A DNA stretch of 50,684 nt from an uncultured Candidatus Saccharibacteria bacterium (GTDB taxonomy: Bacteria; Patescibacteriota; Minisyncoccia; UBA6257; Colwellbacteraceae), in assembly GCA_964348915.1 (NCBI GenBank), contig CAYGEM010000002.1, positions 13,617 through 64,300 on the forward strand. Reading direction: 5' to 3'. The translations under genes and the position numbers were made by a program. The notes beneath the pieces are model-generated. The model had not been told where the DNA came from, did no database searches, and saw only the letters and a program-made list of their open reading frames with translations. Below, piece after piece: positions 33,207 through 42,288 of this stretch (position 1 is the first letter of the stretch; every line of letters starts with the position of its first letter).

Positions 33207-33854
33207 ATGAATATTCTCTATGAAGACAATCATCTTATCGCGGTTTATAAACCGGCGGGCATGCTTACGCAGCCGGACACGTTGGGCGGACGTTCGTTGA
33301 TGACTGAAGTCAAAAAATATCTGAAAGAGAAATACCGCAAGCCCGGCCAGGTATTTCTGGGATTGGTTCAACGGCTGGACCGGCCGGTCGCGGGAATTGT
33401 TTTATTCGCCAAGACCAGCAAGGCCGCTTCACGGTTAGCTGAACAATTCCGTGAGAGACGGGTGGAGAAAATTTATCACGCTGTTGTCATCGGTTGTCCG
33501 GCGAAAGAAACAGGAGACATCAAGAGCCGGCTCAAAAAAGAATTTAGCCGAAGAAAGACAGAATTAAGCGAGGGGGGCAAAGAAGCCGAGCTTGACTATC
33601 GCGTCATCAAAAAAGGCGAAAAATATTCTTTGCTTGAAATCCGGCCGAAGACCGGCCGGCCGCATCAGATTCGCAGCCAGTTGGCTTCAATCGGTCTGCC
33701 GATCTTGGGAGACGTAAAATACGGCGCGCCTTTTTCGCTGGAAGACCGCTCCATCGCTTTGGTAGCAACCGGGATTGTCTTCGAGACGACCGTAACAAAA
33801 GAAAAAAAGAAAATTTTCATCCCGTTTCCTTCCGCGTGGCAACAATATTTTTGA
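33207..33854 (+). CDS. RluA-family pseudouridine synthase
   Basis: 215 aa. Catalytic motif QRLDRPVAGIVLFAKT and the later GRPHQIR. Confidence 0.9.
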   Translation: MNILYEDNHLIAVYKPAGMLTQPDTLGGRSLMTEVKKYLKEKYRKPGQVFLGLVQRLDRPVAGIVLFAKTSKAASRLAEQFRERRVEKIYHAVVIGCPAKETGDIKSRLKKEFSRRKTELSEGGKEAELDYRVIKKGEKYSLLEIRPKTGRPHQIRSQLASIGLPILGDVKYGAPFSLEDRSIALVATGIVFETTVTKEKKKIFIPFPSAWQQYF

Positions 33855-33908
33855 TTCCGAGCTTCCATTTTTCTATGATTTAGGCGAAATTTGTAATAAA
33901 ATAAAAAA

Positions 33909-36900
33909 ATGCTTTTCAAGTTCGATAAATTCGAATTAGCCAAAATCGAGGAGGAGGTTCTCGATTTTTGGAAAAAAAACCGGATTTTCGAGAAATCTCT
34001 GAAAAAAACACAGGGCCGGAAGAAATTCGTTTTTTACGAAGGGCCGCCTTACGCAAATGGTCTGCCGGGCGTCCATCATGTTCTCGCTCGCGTATTCAAG
34101 GATATCATCCTTCGTTACAAGTCCATGGCCGGATATTACGTGTCGCGCAAAGCCGGTTGGGACACGCACGGTTTGCCGATTGAGCTTGCTGTGGAAAAAG
34201 AATTGGGCTTCACTTCAAAGAAACAGATCGAAGAATTCGGTATCGACAAATTCAACCAAAAAGCGAAAGAGACCGCTTTCCGTTTCAAAGGGGAATTCGA
34301 AAAAATGACCGAGCGCATCGGTTATTGGCTTGATTTAAAAAATGCCTATATCACCTGCAGCAACGAATACATTGAAAAACTCTGGGGGGTGATGAAAAAA
34401 ATCTCCCAGCGGGGCTATTTCAAAAAAGATTACAAGATATTGCCGTGGTGCCCGCGCTGCGGAACGCCGCTTGCCTCCCACGAGCTTGCCCAGCCCGGCG
34501 CCTACAAAACAGTAACCGACCCGTCTCTTTTTCTGAAGTTTCCGGTGAAAGACGAGGAAGATACTTATTTTCTGGTTTGGACTACTACGCCTTGGACTCT
34601 GCCGGCGAACGTCTTTATCGCGGTCAACCCAAAATTAAAATATAAAAAATTCCGGATAGGGAAAGATTTTATCTGGTCGCAAGTTGTTCCGTCAGGCGCG
34701 AAAGCCGAGGATTTTGTCGAGGAGATTCTCGGTTCCGAGCTTGTCGGCCGGGAATACAAACCTCTTTTCGGGGAGGAATCTTCCGGTAAATACCAATTGG
34801 TGGAAGCGGAATTTGTTTCCGCGGAAGAAGGCACGGGTCTGGTTCATATCGCACCGGCTTTCGGCGAGGAAGACCTTAAGCTGGCCAAAAGAATCGGCTT
34901 GAAAGATTTCCCGACGACAGTAAGCGACAGCGGCAAGGTTGTCGGTCCTTATCCCGGCGAAGGCAAGTATATCAAGGAAGCGGACAAGGATATTATCGCT
35001 GATCTTACGGAGCGGGGATTGGTTTACGAGAGCGGAACAATCGAACACGAATATCCCCATTGCTGGCGTTCCGGCGACCCGCTTATTTATTTCGCCAGAA
35101 ATTCCTGGTTTATCGAGATGAGCCGCTTAAGAAAAGAATTGGTCGCGGCCAACGAACGAATCAACTGGATGCCCGAATACATAAAAGAAGGGCGGTTCGG
35201 CGAATGGATCAGGGAGGCGAAGGACTGGGCGATTTCGCGCGAACGCTATTGGGGAACGCCCTTGCCGATTTGGGAATGCGAAAAATGCGATAAGAGATTA
35301 TTCGTCGGTTCGGCGCTGGAATTCTCCAAATTAGCCGCTTCGTCCGGCAATCGTTATTTCATCATGCGGCACGGCGAAGCGGACTCCAATGTTTTCGATG
35401 TGGTTTCTTCTTCTCCGGAGAATATGGATATCAATCTGACAAAGAAGGGAATAGAACAGGTTAAGCGAGTTGCCGCGCGTTTTAAAAAGAAAGGCCTTGA
35501 CCTTATTTTTTCCTCGCCGATAAAACGGACGCGGGAGACGGCGGAGATGATTTCTAAGGAGACCGGTGCGCCGGTTATTTACGATAACCGCATTATTGAA
35601 TTCAATGTCGGTATTTTTAACGGCCGGCCAACCAAAGAAGTGCTGGATTTTGTTATTTCACAGGAAGACAGGTTTGCCGCGGTTCCGGAGAATGGGGAAA
35701 GTTTGAATGCCATCCGGGCGCGAATGATGTCTTTTACGGCCGAGCTCGAGCAAAAATACCAGGGTAAAAAAATTCTTATCGTGAGTCACGGCGAGCCGCT
35801 CTGGCTTTTGGAAGGCGCGAGTCAGGGAATGAACGAGGAAGAATTGATTGAATTGCGGGCGACTAAATACATTAATCCCGGAGAACTTCGAGAACTTAAA
35901 TATATGCGTTTGTCTTATAACCGGGAAGGATGTCTGGATTGGCACCGGCCCTATATTGATGAAGCCGAGCTCCATTGTCCAAAATGCCGCGGTAAGATGA
36001 ATCGCACGCCGGAGGTGGCGGACGTGTGGTTTGATTCCGGTTCGATGCCTTTCGCCGCCGGCTTCTACCCCGAATTTTTCCCGGCGGATTACATTTGCGA
36101 AGGCCTGGACCAGACCAGGGGCTGGTTTTACGTGCTTCTCGCCGTTTCGGTTCTTCTTAGAGAGAAGAACCCTTACAAGAATGTCATCTGTCTCGGATTG
36201 GTTTTGGATAAGCACGGCCAAAAAATGTCGAAATCCAAAGGAAATGTTGTCAGTCCAAACGAGATAATCGATAAATATGGCGCGGACGCTCTTCGGTGGT
36301 TTTTCTACACCACGAACGACCCGGGCGATCCCAAACGTTTTGACGAAAAGGATCTCGTGGAAGTCGCGCGCGGATTCTTTCTCATCATTTACAATATATT
36401 TTCTTTTTATCGGCTTTATGGCAAAGGGGCGGATTCGTCTTTGCGGTTTCAGCCGAAAAGGACTCTGGATAAATGGATTTTTAGCCGACTGCATGAAACG
36501 ATTTACGAGGTTACAGAGAGGTTGGAAAAATACGATATCGGCAATGCGGCCAGAAAAATCGCCGCGTTCACAGATGATTTGAGCCGCTGGTATTTACGCC
36601 GTTCGCGGACGCGGTTCCAGCGTCCGGGAAGCGAGAGGGATTTAATCGAGGCGTCAGCTTTGCTAAGAGAGTTGTTGCTCAAACTAAGCCAGCTTGTCGC
36701 TCCTTTCGCGCCATTTTTCGGCGAAGCCCTATTCAAGTCGCTTTCTTCCGATGAGTCAGTCCATCTTTCGGATTGGCCGGAAGCGGACAAAAAGATGATT
36801 GACGCGAAACTTTCCTCTTTGATGGCTGAAGCGCGAGATATCGCCACTAAAGCTTTGGCCAAACGAGCGGAGTCAGGCGTTAAGGTGCGACAACCGCTCG

Positions 36901-37307
36901 GCTCGCTCAAGATAAAGAAATCTTCCCTGCGCGGGAGCGAAGAGATTATCGAAATTCTAAAGGAAGAAATTAACGTCAAAGAAATAATTTTTGACGAAAT
37001 GGCCGAAGAAGATGTTTCTTTCGATCTAACCATCACGCCGGAGCTCAAAGAAGAAGGTCTTCGGCGGGAGTTCAGCCGGATGGTCCAGGAAATGAGGCAG
37101 AAAGCCGGTTTGCGCCCCGGAGAAGAAATTATCGTGGAGATGGAATCCTTTCCTGTTTTCGAACAGGCGGTCCGGGCCGGCGGCCGGAACTTGGCCAAAG
37201 TCATCTCGGCCCGGGAGATTGATTTTAAATTAAGCGATAAATTCGATTTGCGAACGGAAACGAAAACAGAAGGGGAGAAAATAATTTTGGGGATAAGAAG
37301 GATTTAG
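33909..37307 (+). CDS. ileS: Isoleucine--tRNA ligase carrying an inserted histidine-phosphatase-like domain
   Basis: 1132 aa. PPYANGLPGVHHVL (HIGH region), TTTPWTLPAN (editing domain), DWAISRERYWGTPLPIW, DVWFDSGSMP and KMSKSKGN. Residues ~480-660 instead read RYFIMRHGEADSN...SSPIKRTRETA...ILIVSHGEPL. Confidence 0.95.
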   Translation: MLFKFDKFELAKIEEEVLDFWKKNRIFEKSLKKTQGRKKFVFYEGPPYANGLPGVHHVLARVFKDIILRYKSMAGYYVSRKAGWDTHGLPIELAVEKELGFTSKKQIEEFGIDKFNQKAKETAFRFKGEFEKMTERIGYWLDLKNAYITCSNEYIEKLWGVMKKISQRGYFKKDYKILPWCPRCGTPLASHELAQPGAYKTVTDPSLFLKFPVKDEEDTYFLVWTTTPWTLPANVFIAVNPKLKYKKFRIGKDFIWSQVVPSGAKAEDFVEEILGSELVGREYKPLFGEESSGKYQLVEAEFVSAEEGTGLVHIAPAFGEEDLKLAKRIGLKDFPTTVSDSGKVVGPYPGEGKYIKEADKDIIADLTERGLVYESGTIEHEYPHCWRSGDPLIYFARNSWFIEMSRLRKELVAANERINWMPEYIKEGRFGEWIREAKDWAISRERYWGTPLPIWECEKCDKRLFVGSALEFSKLAASSGNRYFIMRHGEADSNVFDVVSSSPENMDINLTKKGIEQVKRVAARFKKKGLDLIFSSPIKRTRETAEMISKETGAPVIYDNRIIEFNVGIFNGRPTKEVLDFVISQEDRFAAVPENGESLNAIRARMMSFTAELEQKYQGKKILIVSHGEPLWLLEGASQGMNEEELIELRATKYINPGELRELKYMRLSYNREGCLDWHRPYIDEAELHCPKCRGKMNRTPEVADVWFDSGSMPFAAGFYPEFFPADYICEGLDQTRGWFYVLLAVSVLLREKNPYKNVICLGLVLDKHGQKMSKSKGNVVSPNEIIDKYGADALRWFFYTTNDPGDPKRFDEKDLVEVARGFFLIIYNIFSFYRLYGKGADSSLRFQPKRTLDKWIFSRLHETIYEVTERLEKYDIGNAARKIAAFTDDLSRWYLRRSRTRFQRPGSERDLIEASALLRELLLKLSQLVAPFAPFFGEALFKSLSSDESVHLSDWPEADKKMIDAKLSSLMAEARDIATKALAKRAESGVKVRQPLGSLKIKKSSLRGSEEIIEILKEEINVKEIIFDEMAEEDVSFDLTITPELKEEGLRREFSRMVQEMRQKAGLRPGEEIIVEMESFPVFEQAVRAGGRNLAKVISAREIDFKLSDKFDLRTETKTEGEKIILGIRRI

Positions 37308-38284
37308 AGCAGGCCCACCTTTTCTCTTATTTCGGCGAAATTCGGCCGGGCGATTTTGCTTGCTTTTTCCGCGCCGGACGACATTATCTCCGTGAGCAGA
37401 TTTTGATTGGAGGAAAAGTATTCAATTTTTTCGCGGATAGGCGCGAGAGCTTTAATAACGGCCTCGGCCAGGTCTTTTTTGAAACCGGCGTATTTTTTGT
37501 TCCGGTAGGAAGAGGTCAATTCGGTGATTTTGACGCCGGTCAATTCGCTGAAAATAAAAAGAAGATTGGAGAGACCGGGCTTTTTTTCCGGGTCGTAGAT
37601 TATTTCTTCGCCGGAATCGGTAACGGCAGTTTTTATTTTTTCCCGGATGGTTTCCGGAGAATCATTAAGAAAAAGACAGCCGCTCGGCAGTGATTTGGAC
37701 ATTTTCTTTTCCGGGTTATCCAAGCTTTTAATCCGCAGGCCTTCCATATAGAGGCCGACCGGTTCGGGAAAGGTTTTTCCGAAGCGGACATTGAAAACTC
37801 GGGCGATTTCTCTCGCGAGTTCAAGGTGTTGGCGTTGGTCTTCGCCGACCGGGACAAGGTTGGCTTTATAGAGCAGGATGTCGGCGGCCATCAGGACCGG
37901 GTAAGTAAGCAAGCCGGTATTGGGGATTTGGCCTTCGGAAATTTTCTCCCGGTACTCGATCATTCCCTGGAGTTTTCCGGCAGGAGTGATGGTGCTGAAT
38001 ATCCAAGCGAGATTAGCGTGTTCCGGCACGTGGGATTGCAGGAAAAACACGGATTTTTGCGGGTTGAGACCGAGAGCGAGAAGGGAAGCGAACATTTCCA
38101 AAATTTCCCCGCGTTTTTCCGGCGGAAGATATTTTTGCGTCAAAGAGTGGTAATCGGCGACGAAATAAAGGCAGTCGTATTTGTCGGTGTCTTGCAAAAG
38201 AAGGGCGGGCTTGATGGCGCCGAGATAATTGCCGATATGCAGTTTGCCGCTGGGTTTGAATCCGCTGACAACAATCGGTTTCAT
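37304..38284 (-). CDS. trpS: Tryptophan--tRNA ligase
   Basis: 326 aa. GKLHIGNYLGA and KKMSKS. Convergent 4-nt overlap with the ileS stop. Confidence 0.95.
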   Translation of the reverse strand: MKPIVVSGFKPSGKLHIGNYLGAIKPALLLQDTDKYDCLYFVADYHSLTQKYLPPEKRGEILEMFASLLALGLNPQKSVFFLQSHVPEHANLAWIFSTITPAGKLQGMIEYREKISEGQIPNTGLLTYPVLMAADILLYKANLVPVGEDQRQHLELAREIARVFNVRFGKTFPEPVGLYMEGLRIKSLDNPEKKMSKSLPSGCLFLNDSPETIREKIKTAVTDSGEEIIYDPEKKPGLSNLLFIFSELTGVKITELTSSYRNKKYAGFKKDLAEAVIKALAPIREKIEYFSSNQNLLTEIMSSGAEKASKIARPNFAEIREKVGLL

Positions 38285-38305
38285 GTTACGCCTCTATTAT
38301 ATATG

Positions 38306-39988
38306 TCACACCTCTATTATAACAGGAAGAATCATCGGCCGGCGATTGGTCTTGTTGTAAATATACTGGCCGATTTGGTCTCGGAACAGGGCCTTCAAGT
38401 AATCGGGGTCGATCGGCTGGTTGTGCGGAATGCGGCCGACGATGTTTTTAACTTTATCGCGAATATCAGAAAGAAGACGCTGATTCTCGCGAAGATAAAT
38501 AAAACCGCGCGAAATAATGTCGGGATTTTTGACTAACCGGCCGTTCCGGCTGCCCACCGCGGCGATAACCACGATCATGCCTTCCTGGGCGAGCAAGCGC
38601 CGGTCGCGCAGGACTACTTCGCCGACGTCGCCTACGCCCAAGCCGTCCACCATGACATAAGAAGCGGGTACGGTTTCGTCGAGTACTTTAATCTCGTTTT
38701 TGAGGATTTCCACCACTTGGCCGTTATCGACAACGAAGATATTTTTTCTGGGGATGCCGGCTTCGACGCCGTTTAAGGCGTTTTGCGAACGCATGAAGAA
38801 ATAGCCGTGTACTGGAAAGAAAAATTTCGGCTTCATCAGCTTGATGATTTCCTTGATTTCTTCCTGCGGGGCGTGACCGGAAGAATGGATGTCGACGATT
38901 TTCGAGTGATAAACAATGGCGCCCTGGCGGGAAAGATTGTCCTTGAGCACCTGGACGCTCTTCTCATTGCCGGGAATAACCGAAGAAGAGAAGATGAAAG
39001 TGTCGCCGGGCTTTACCCGCAAATGGCGATGTTCGCCGCTTATTACGCGCATCAAGCTCGCGTTCGGTTCTCCTTGGGCGCCGGTGGAAAGAATCATGAT
39101 TTTGTTGTCGTGGTACTTGTTAATCTCTTCGAGGGGTATAATTGTTCCTTTTTTCACTTTGATGTAACCGAGACGGGTCGCGGCATCGATATTCTCGCGC
39201 ATGGACCGGCCGGAAATGGCCACTTTCTTGCCCATTTTCTCGGCGATTTTCAGGATTTCCGAGATGCGGGTAAGCAACGAGGAGAAGATGCCGATGACAA
39301 TCCGGCCCTGGGCCTTTTCAAAAAGTTCCTCCAGGTTTTTCTCCACCACTCTTTCCGAGAGAGAGCGGCCGGGAGTTTCGGCGTTGGTGCTGTCGAGGAA
39401 AATGGTATGGACGCCCTGCTTGCTTATTTTCTTGAAATCATCCATATGGGCGGGGTTGCCCTTGGTGTCGTAATCGAATCTGAAATCGGAGAGATGGACT
39501 ATGTTGCCAACGGGAGTTTTCAGCAATATTCCGGTATTGTCGGGAATACTGTGGGAAACGCCGAAAAATTCCGCCTCGAAATATTGGGATAACTTTATTT
39601 TGTCGCCGCTTTTTATTTCCCTGATATTCAGCTTCGGGGCGTTCACAAACTCCTCCTGCCGTTTTTCCACCAGGGCTTTGGTCAGGGCCGTGGCGTAGAT
39701 GACCGGATTGCCGAGACGTTGGATAAGGTAGGGAATGGCGCCGATATGGTCGTAGTGGGCGTGAGTGAGCAAGACCGCCTTGATGCGTTCCTTCTTTGAT
39801 TCAAGATAGCTTACGTTCGGGATGATGTAGTCGATTCCCGGAGTTTCTTCTTCGGGAAACTGGAGGCCGATATCGAAAATGACAATTTCGTCTTTGTATT
39901 CGAAAAGCATCATGTTCCGGCCGATTTCTTCCAGCCCGCCGAGAGCGATACAGCGCATGGCCGATTCTTTTTGGTTTTTTGGAGGCAT
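38306..39988 (-). CDS. rnj: Ribonuclease J
   Basis: 560 aa. Beta-lactamase motif THAHYDHIGA, beta-CASP domain, and the C-terminal domain typical of RNase J. Confidence 0.9.
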   Translation of the reverse strand: MPPKNQKESAMRCIALGGLEEIGRNMMLFEYKDEIVIFDIGLQFPEEETPGIDYIIPNVSYLESKKERIKAVLLTHAHYDHIGAIPYLIQRLGNPVIYATALTKALVEKRQEEFVNAPKLNIREIKSGDKIKLSQYFEAEFFGVSHSIPDNTGILLKTPVGNIVHLSDFRFDYDTKGNPAHMDDFKKISKQGVHTIFLDSTNAETPGRSLSERVVEKNLEELFEKAQGRIVIGIFSSLLTRISEILKIAEKMGKKVAISGRSMRENIDAATRLGYIKVKKGTIIPLEEINKYHDNKIMILSTGAQGEPNASLMRVISGEHRHLRVKPGDTFIFSSSVIPGNEKSVQVLKDNLSRQGAIVYHSKIVDIHSSGHAPQEEIKEIIKLMKPKFFFPVHGYFFMRSQNALNGVEAGIPRKNIFVVDNGQVVEILKNEIKVLDETVPASYVMVDGLGVGDVGEVVLRDRRLLAQEGMIVVIAAVGSRNGRLVKNPDIISRGFIYLRENQRLLSDIRDKVKNIVGRIPHNQPIDPDYLKALFRDQIGQYIYNKTNRRPMILPVIIEV

Positions 39989-40026
39989 TACGATTTAGTT
40001 TTGATAAAGCGACGATTTACCTTTAG

Positions 40027-40108
40027 TGCCCTCGGTGGGATTCGAACCCACAAGCCTTGCGGCATAGCGACCTGAACGCTACGCGTATGCCAGTTCCGCC
40101 ACGAGGGC
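40027..40108 (-). tRNA. tRNA-Leu (anticodon CAG), long variable arm
   Basis: Hand fold of the reverse complement. GCCCTCG acceptor, D region TGGCGGAACTGGCATACGC, anticodon stem TAGCG/CGCTA with loop TTCAGGT, variable arm GCC-GCAA-GGC, T arm GTGGG TTCGAAT CCCAC. Closely resembles E. coli tRNA-Leu(CAG) as I recall it. Confidence 0.9.
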
Positions 40109-40152
40109 AATATCCGGAAAAGAGCGTGAGAGTGATTGCGGTTGGCATAAGT

Positions 40153-41745
40153 TTAATCTTTATCAGCGGATTTTTCAATCGCTTCCGCAGAGGAGCGGAA
40201 TTTTCTGGCTGTTTTGACGTACCAGTTTTCCACCCGGTTGAATCGTTCGTCGGGCGTGACGACCGTGTCGAGGGAGAAGCCGCGCAGTTTCGGCGAAACG
40301 ACGTAAGTGTAATCGGGGGAGTAAAGGAAGAGAGCCGGCGCGTCTTCGTTGATGATTTTTTCAAGAGAGGAAAGAAAGTCCGCGCGCCGGGCTTCGTCTT
40401 TCTCGGAGCGGATTTTCTCCATCAGGTTGTCGGCCCGTTCGTTTTTATAAAGAGAAAGATTGGTGCCCGGGAAAAAACGGTTGGAAGAATGCCAGAAAGA
40501 ATAAAGGTCCGCGGGATCGGTCAGGTTGTTGCCGAAGAGAAGGAGTTCGTAATTTCTGGTTCGAATAGCCTCTAAAATTTCAGAGGTGCCGAGGGGAGCG
40601 AGATTGATTTTAAATCCGACGGCCTCCCAATCGGATTTCAGGCGTTCGGCCACTTTTTCCAGCGTCGGAGAAGAAGGGAAAGAAAGGTTCAGCTCGGTGG
40701 AGCTGTCGTCAAAAGTTTTTTTGGAAGGAAGAAGGGGGATATTTTCGAGGAGGCCGTTTATCGGCAGAGCAAATCCTTTGAACGCGTCAGCGACGATTTT
40801 TTCCCGGTTGATGGCGGAGTTGAGCAACCTTCTTGAGTCGATGTTTTTGAGATTTTCGGCCAGACTTTGGTTTATGAATACGGCGAAATAGCGCGGCGCT
40901 TCCAGCGGTTTTATCCGGTGGCGGAGGAGCAATCCGGCCAGATTCTCCGGGTCATCTATTATTGCTCCGTCGATAGAATTTCCGTTATAAGCGGCGACAA
41001 GGTCTTTCTCATTGGAGAAAAACCGGACAATGATTTTTTTGATATAAGGAGCCGTTTGGAAATAATAATCGTTGGGAACAAGCGCATACTCGGTGATGAA
41101 TCCGTCATTTTTTTTATCGAAGGAGATAAACTTGTACGGTCCGGAACCGACCGGTTCCAGGATGTAGCGAGAGAGATAAAAATTGTTGGCCGGGATGTTG
41201 CCGAAGACGTGCTTTGGTATGATCTTCATTTTTTTCAGGGTTGTTTCGAAAAAAACATAGGGAGAAGGCAGGCTGAATTTGACCTCCAGTTCGCTTACTC
41301 GGCTGGCAGCTGCGCCGGCAAAGCTCTGAAAAAGAGGAGAGCGTGAATCGGGGTTGCCGATCGTCTCCGCGGTGAAAATAATGTCGTCGCTCGTGATTTT
41401 TTCTCCATCCTGCCATTTCAGCCCCTCTTTTAATCTTACCGTCCATTCGCGGTTGTCGTCAGCCGCTTTAATTTCAGCCATTTCATCCAGGTCGGCGAAA
41501 ATAAGGGCGGAGATGTCCCGGTCGATATCATTGCCGGGGAAGACGGGATTGATCGAAATCGGCTGGCCGACCATTCCTTCACGCCACAAACCGCCCTTCA
41601 CGGCCGTTTCTTCGGTGGCGGAGAGAAAAACGCCGTAGACAAGGGAAAGGGCCGAAAAGACAAAAATAGAGGCGCTGACGATAAAAGTTAGGCGCCGCTT
41701 TGGCGACAAAGAGGAGAAAATTTGTCCGACTTTATTTTTTAACAA
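40153..41745 (-). CDS. ABC transporter substrate-binding protein, family 5 (peptide/nickel type), membrane-anchored
   Basis: 530 aa. N-terminal hydrophobic anchor and overall SBP_bac_5-like sequence (LKEGLKWQDGEKITSDDI...). Confidence 0.75.
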   Translation of the reverse strand: MLKNKVGQIFSSLSPKRRLTFIVSASIFVFSALSLVYGVFLSATEETAVKGGLWREGMVGQPISINPVFPGNDIDRDISALIFADLDEMAEIKAADDNREWTVRLKEGLKWQDGEKITSDDIIFTAETIGNPDSRSPLFQSFAGAAASRVSELEVKFSLPSPYVFFETTLKKMKIIPKHVFGNIPANNFYLSRYILEPVGSGPYKFISFDKKNDGFITEYALVPNDYYFQTAPYIKKIIVRFFSNEKDLVAAYNGNSIDGAIIDDPENLAGLLLRHRIKPLEAPRYFAVFINQSLAENLKNIDSRRLLNSAINREKIVADAFKGFALPINGLLENIPLLPSKKTFDDSSTELNLSFPSSPTLEKVAERLKSDWEAVGFKINLAPLGTSEILEAIRTRNYELLLFGNNLTDPADLYSFWHSSNRFFPGTNLSLYKNERADNLMEKIRSEKDEARRADFLSSLEKIINEDAPALFLYSPDYTYVVSPKLRGFSLDTVVTPDERFNRVENWYVKTARKFRSSAEAIEKSADKD

Positions 41746-41956
41746 GGTTAAGGATGGAAAAGACGGCGAGGGCGGCGGCGGAAATTATGGTCATAACGAA
41801 AATCATTTTTTCGAACCCGCGTCTTTTCTGGTAGAAATCGGTTCCGGCGCCGCCGCCGAAAATTCCGCCGACTCCGCCGGATTGGCGGCCTTGCAGAAGG
41901 ACTAAGCCGATGAGAATTACGGCGATGATTATTTGGATAACAGTAATCGCTGGCAT
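41732..41956 (-). CDS. secG: Preprotein translocase subunit SecG
   Basis: 74 aa. Two TM spans with LLQGRQSGGVGGIFGGG between them. Confidence 0.85.
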   Translation of the reverse strand: MPAITVIQIIIAVILIGLVLLQGRQSGGVGGIFGGGAGTDFYQKRRGFEKMIFVMTIISAAALAVFSILNLVKK

Positions 41957-42288
41957 AGGGTATTGATAATTCCTATCAAAACGGCGGCAAGCAGAAGAGG
42001 AATCGTTCCGCTAATCATAATCGTTCCGGAAATATAATCAAGCAGACCGAGAATGACGGCGCTGATGACGATATTGAAGAGGCCGAAAGTGATAAGGACG
42101 AGCGGAATAAGAAGAATTTTCAGAACGGGCCGGAGGATGAGGTTTAAGAGGGTAAGGACGACGGCGAGAGCGATAATGGCGCCGATATTTTGGCTAAGGG
42201 AGACGCCCGGGATGAAGCGGCCGGCCAGATAAAGACCGAGAGTATTCGCGCCGACGAGGAAAATCAGTTTACTCAAAAATTTAAACAT
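41929..42288 (-). CDS. DUF360 / phage-holin-4-like small membrane protein (YvlD-like)
   Basis: Start trimmed to the ATG at 42288 (MFKFLSKLIFLVGANTLGLYLAGRFIPGV...). TAATG overlap with the gpmI stop. Four hydrophobic spans. Confidence 0.6.
   Translation of the reverse strand: MFKFLSKLIFLVGANTLGLYLAGRFIPGVSLSQNIGAIIALAVVLTLLNLILRPVLKILLIPLVLITFGLFNIVISAVILGLLDYISGTIMISGTIPLLLAAVLIGIINTLCQRLLLSK

Noticed and set aside
35658-37204. 278-aa and 233-aa minus-strand ORFs inside ileS
   Set aside because: Antisense to a well-supported IleRS reading frame, with no motifs. Typical shadow ORFs.
37826-39592. 236-aa and 269-aa plus-strand ORFs overlapping trpS and rnj
   Set aside because: Antisense to TrpRS and RNase J, both of which have unambiguous signature motifs.
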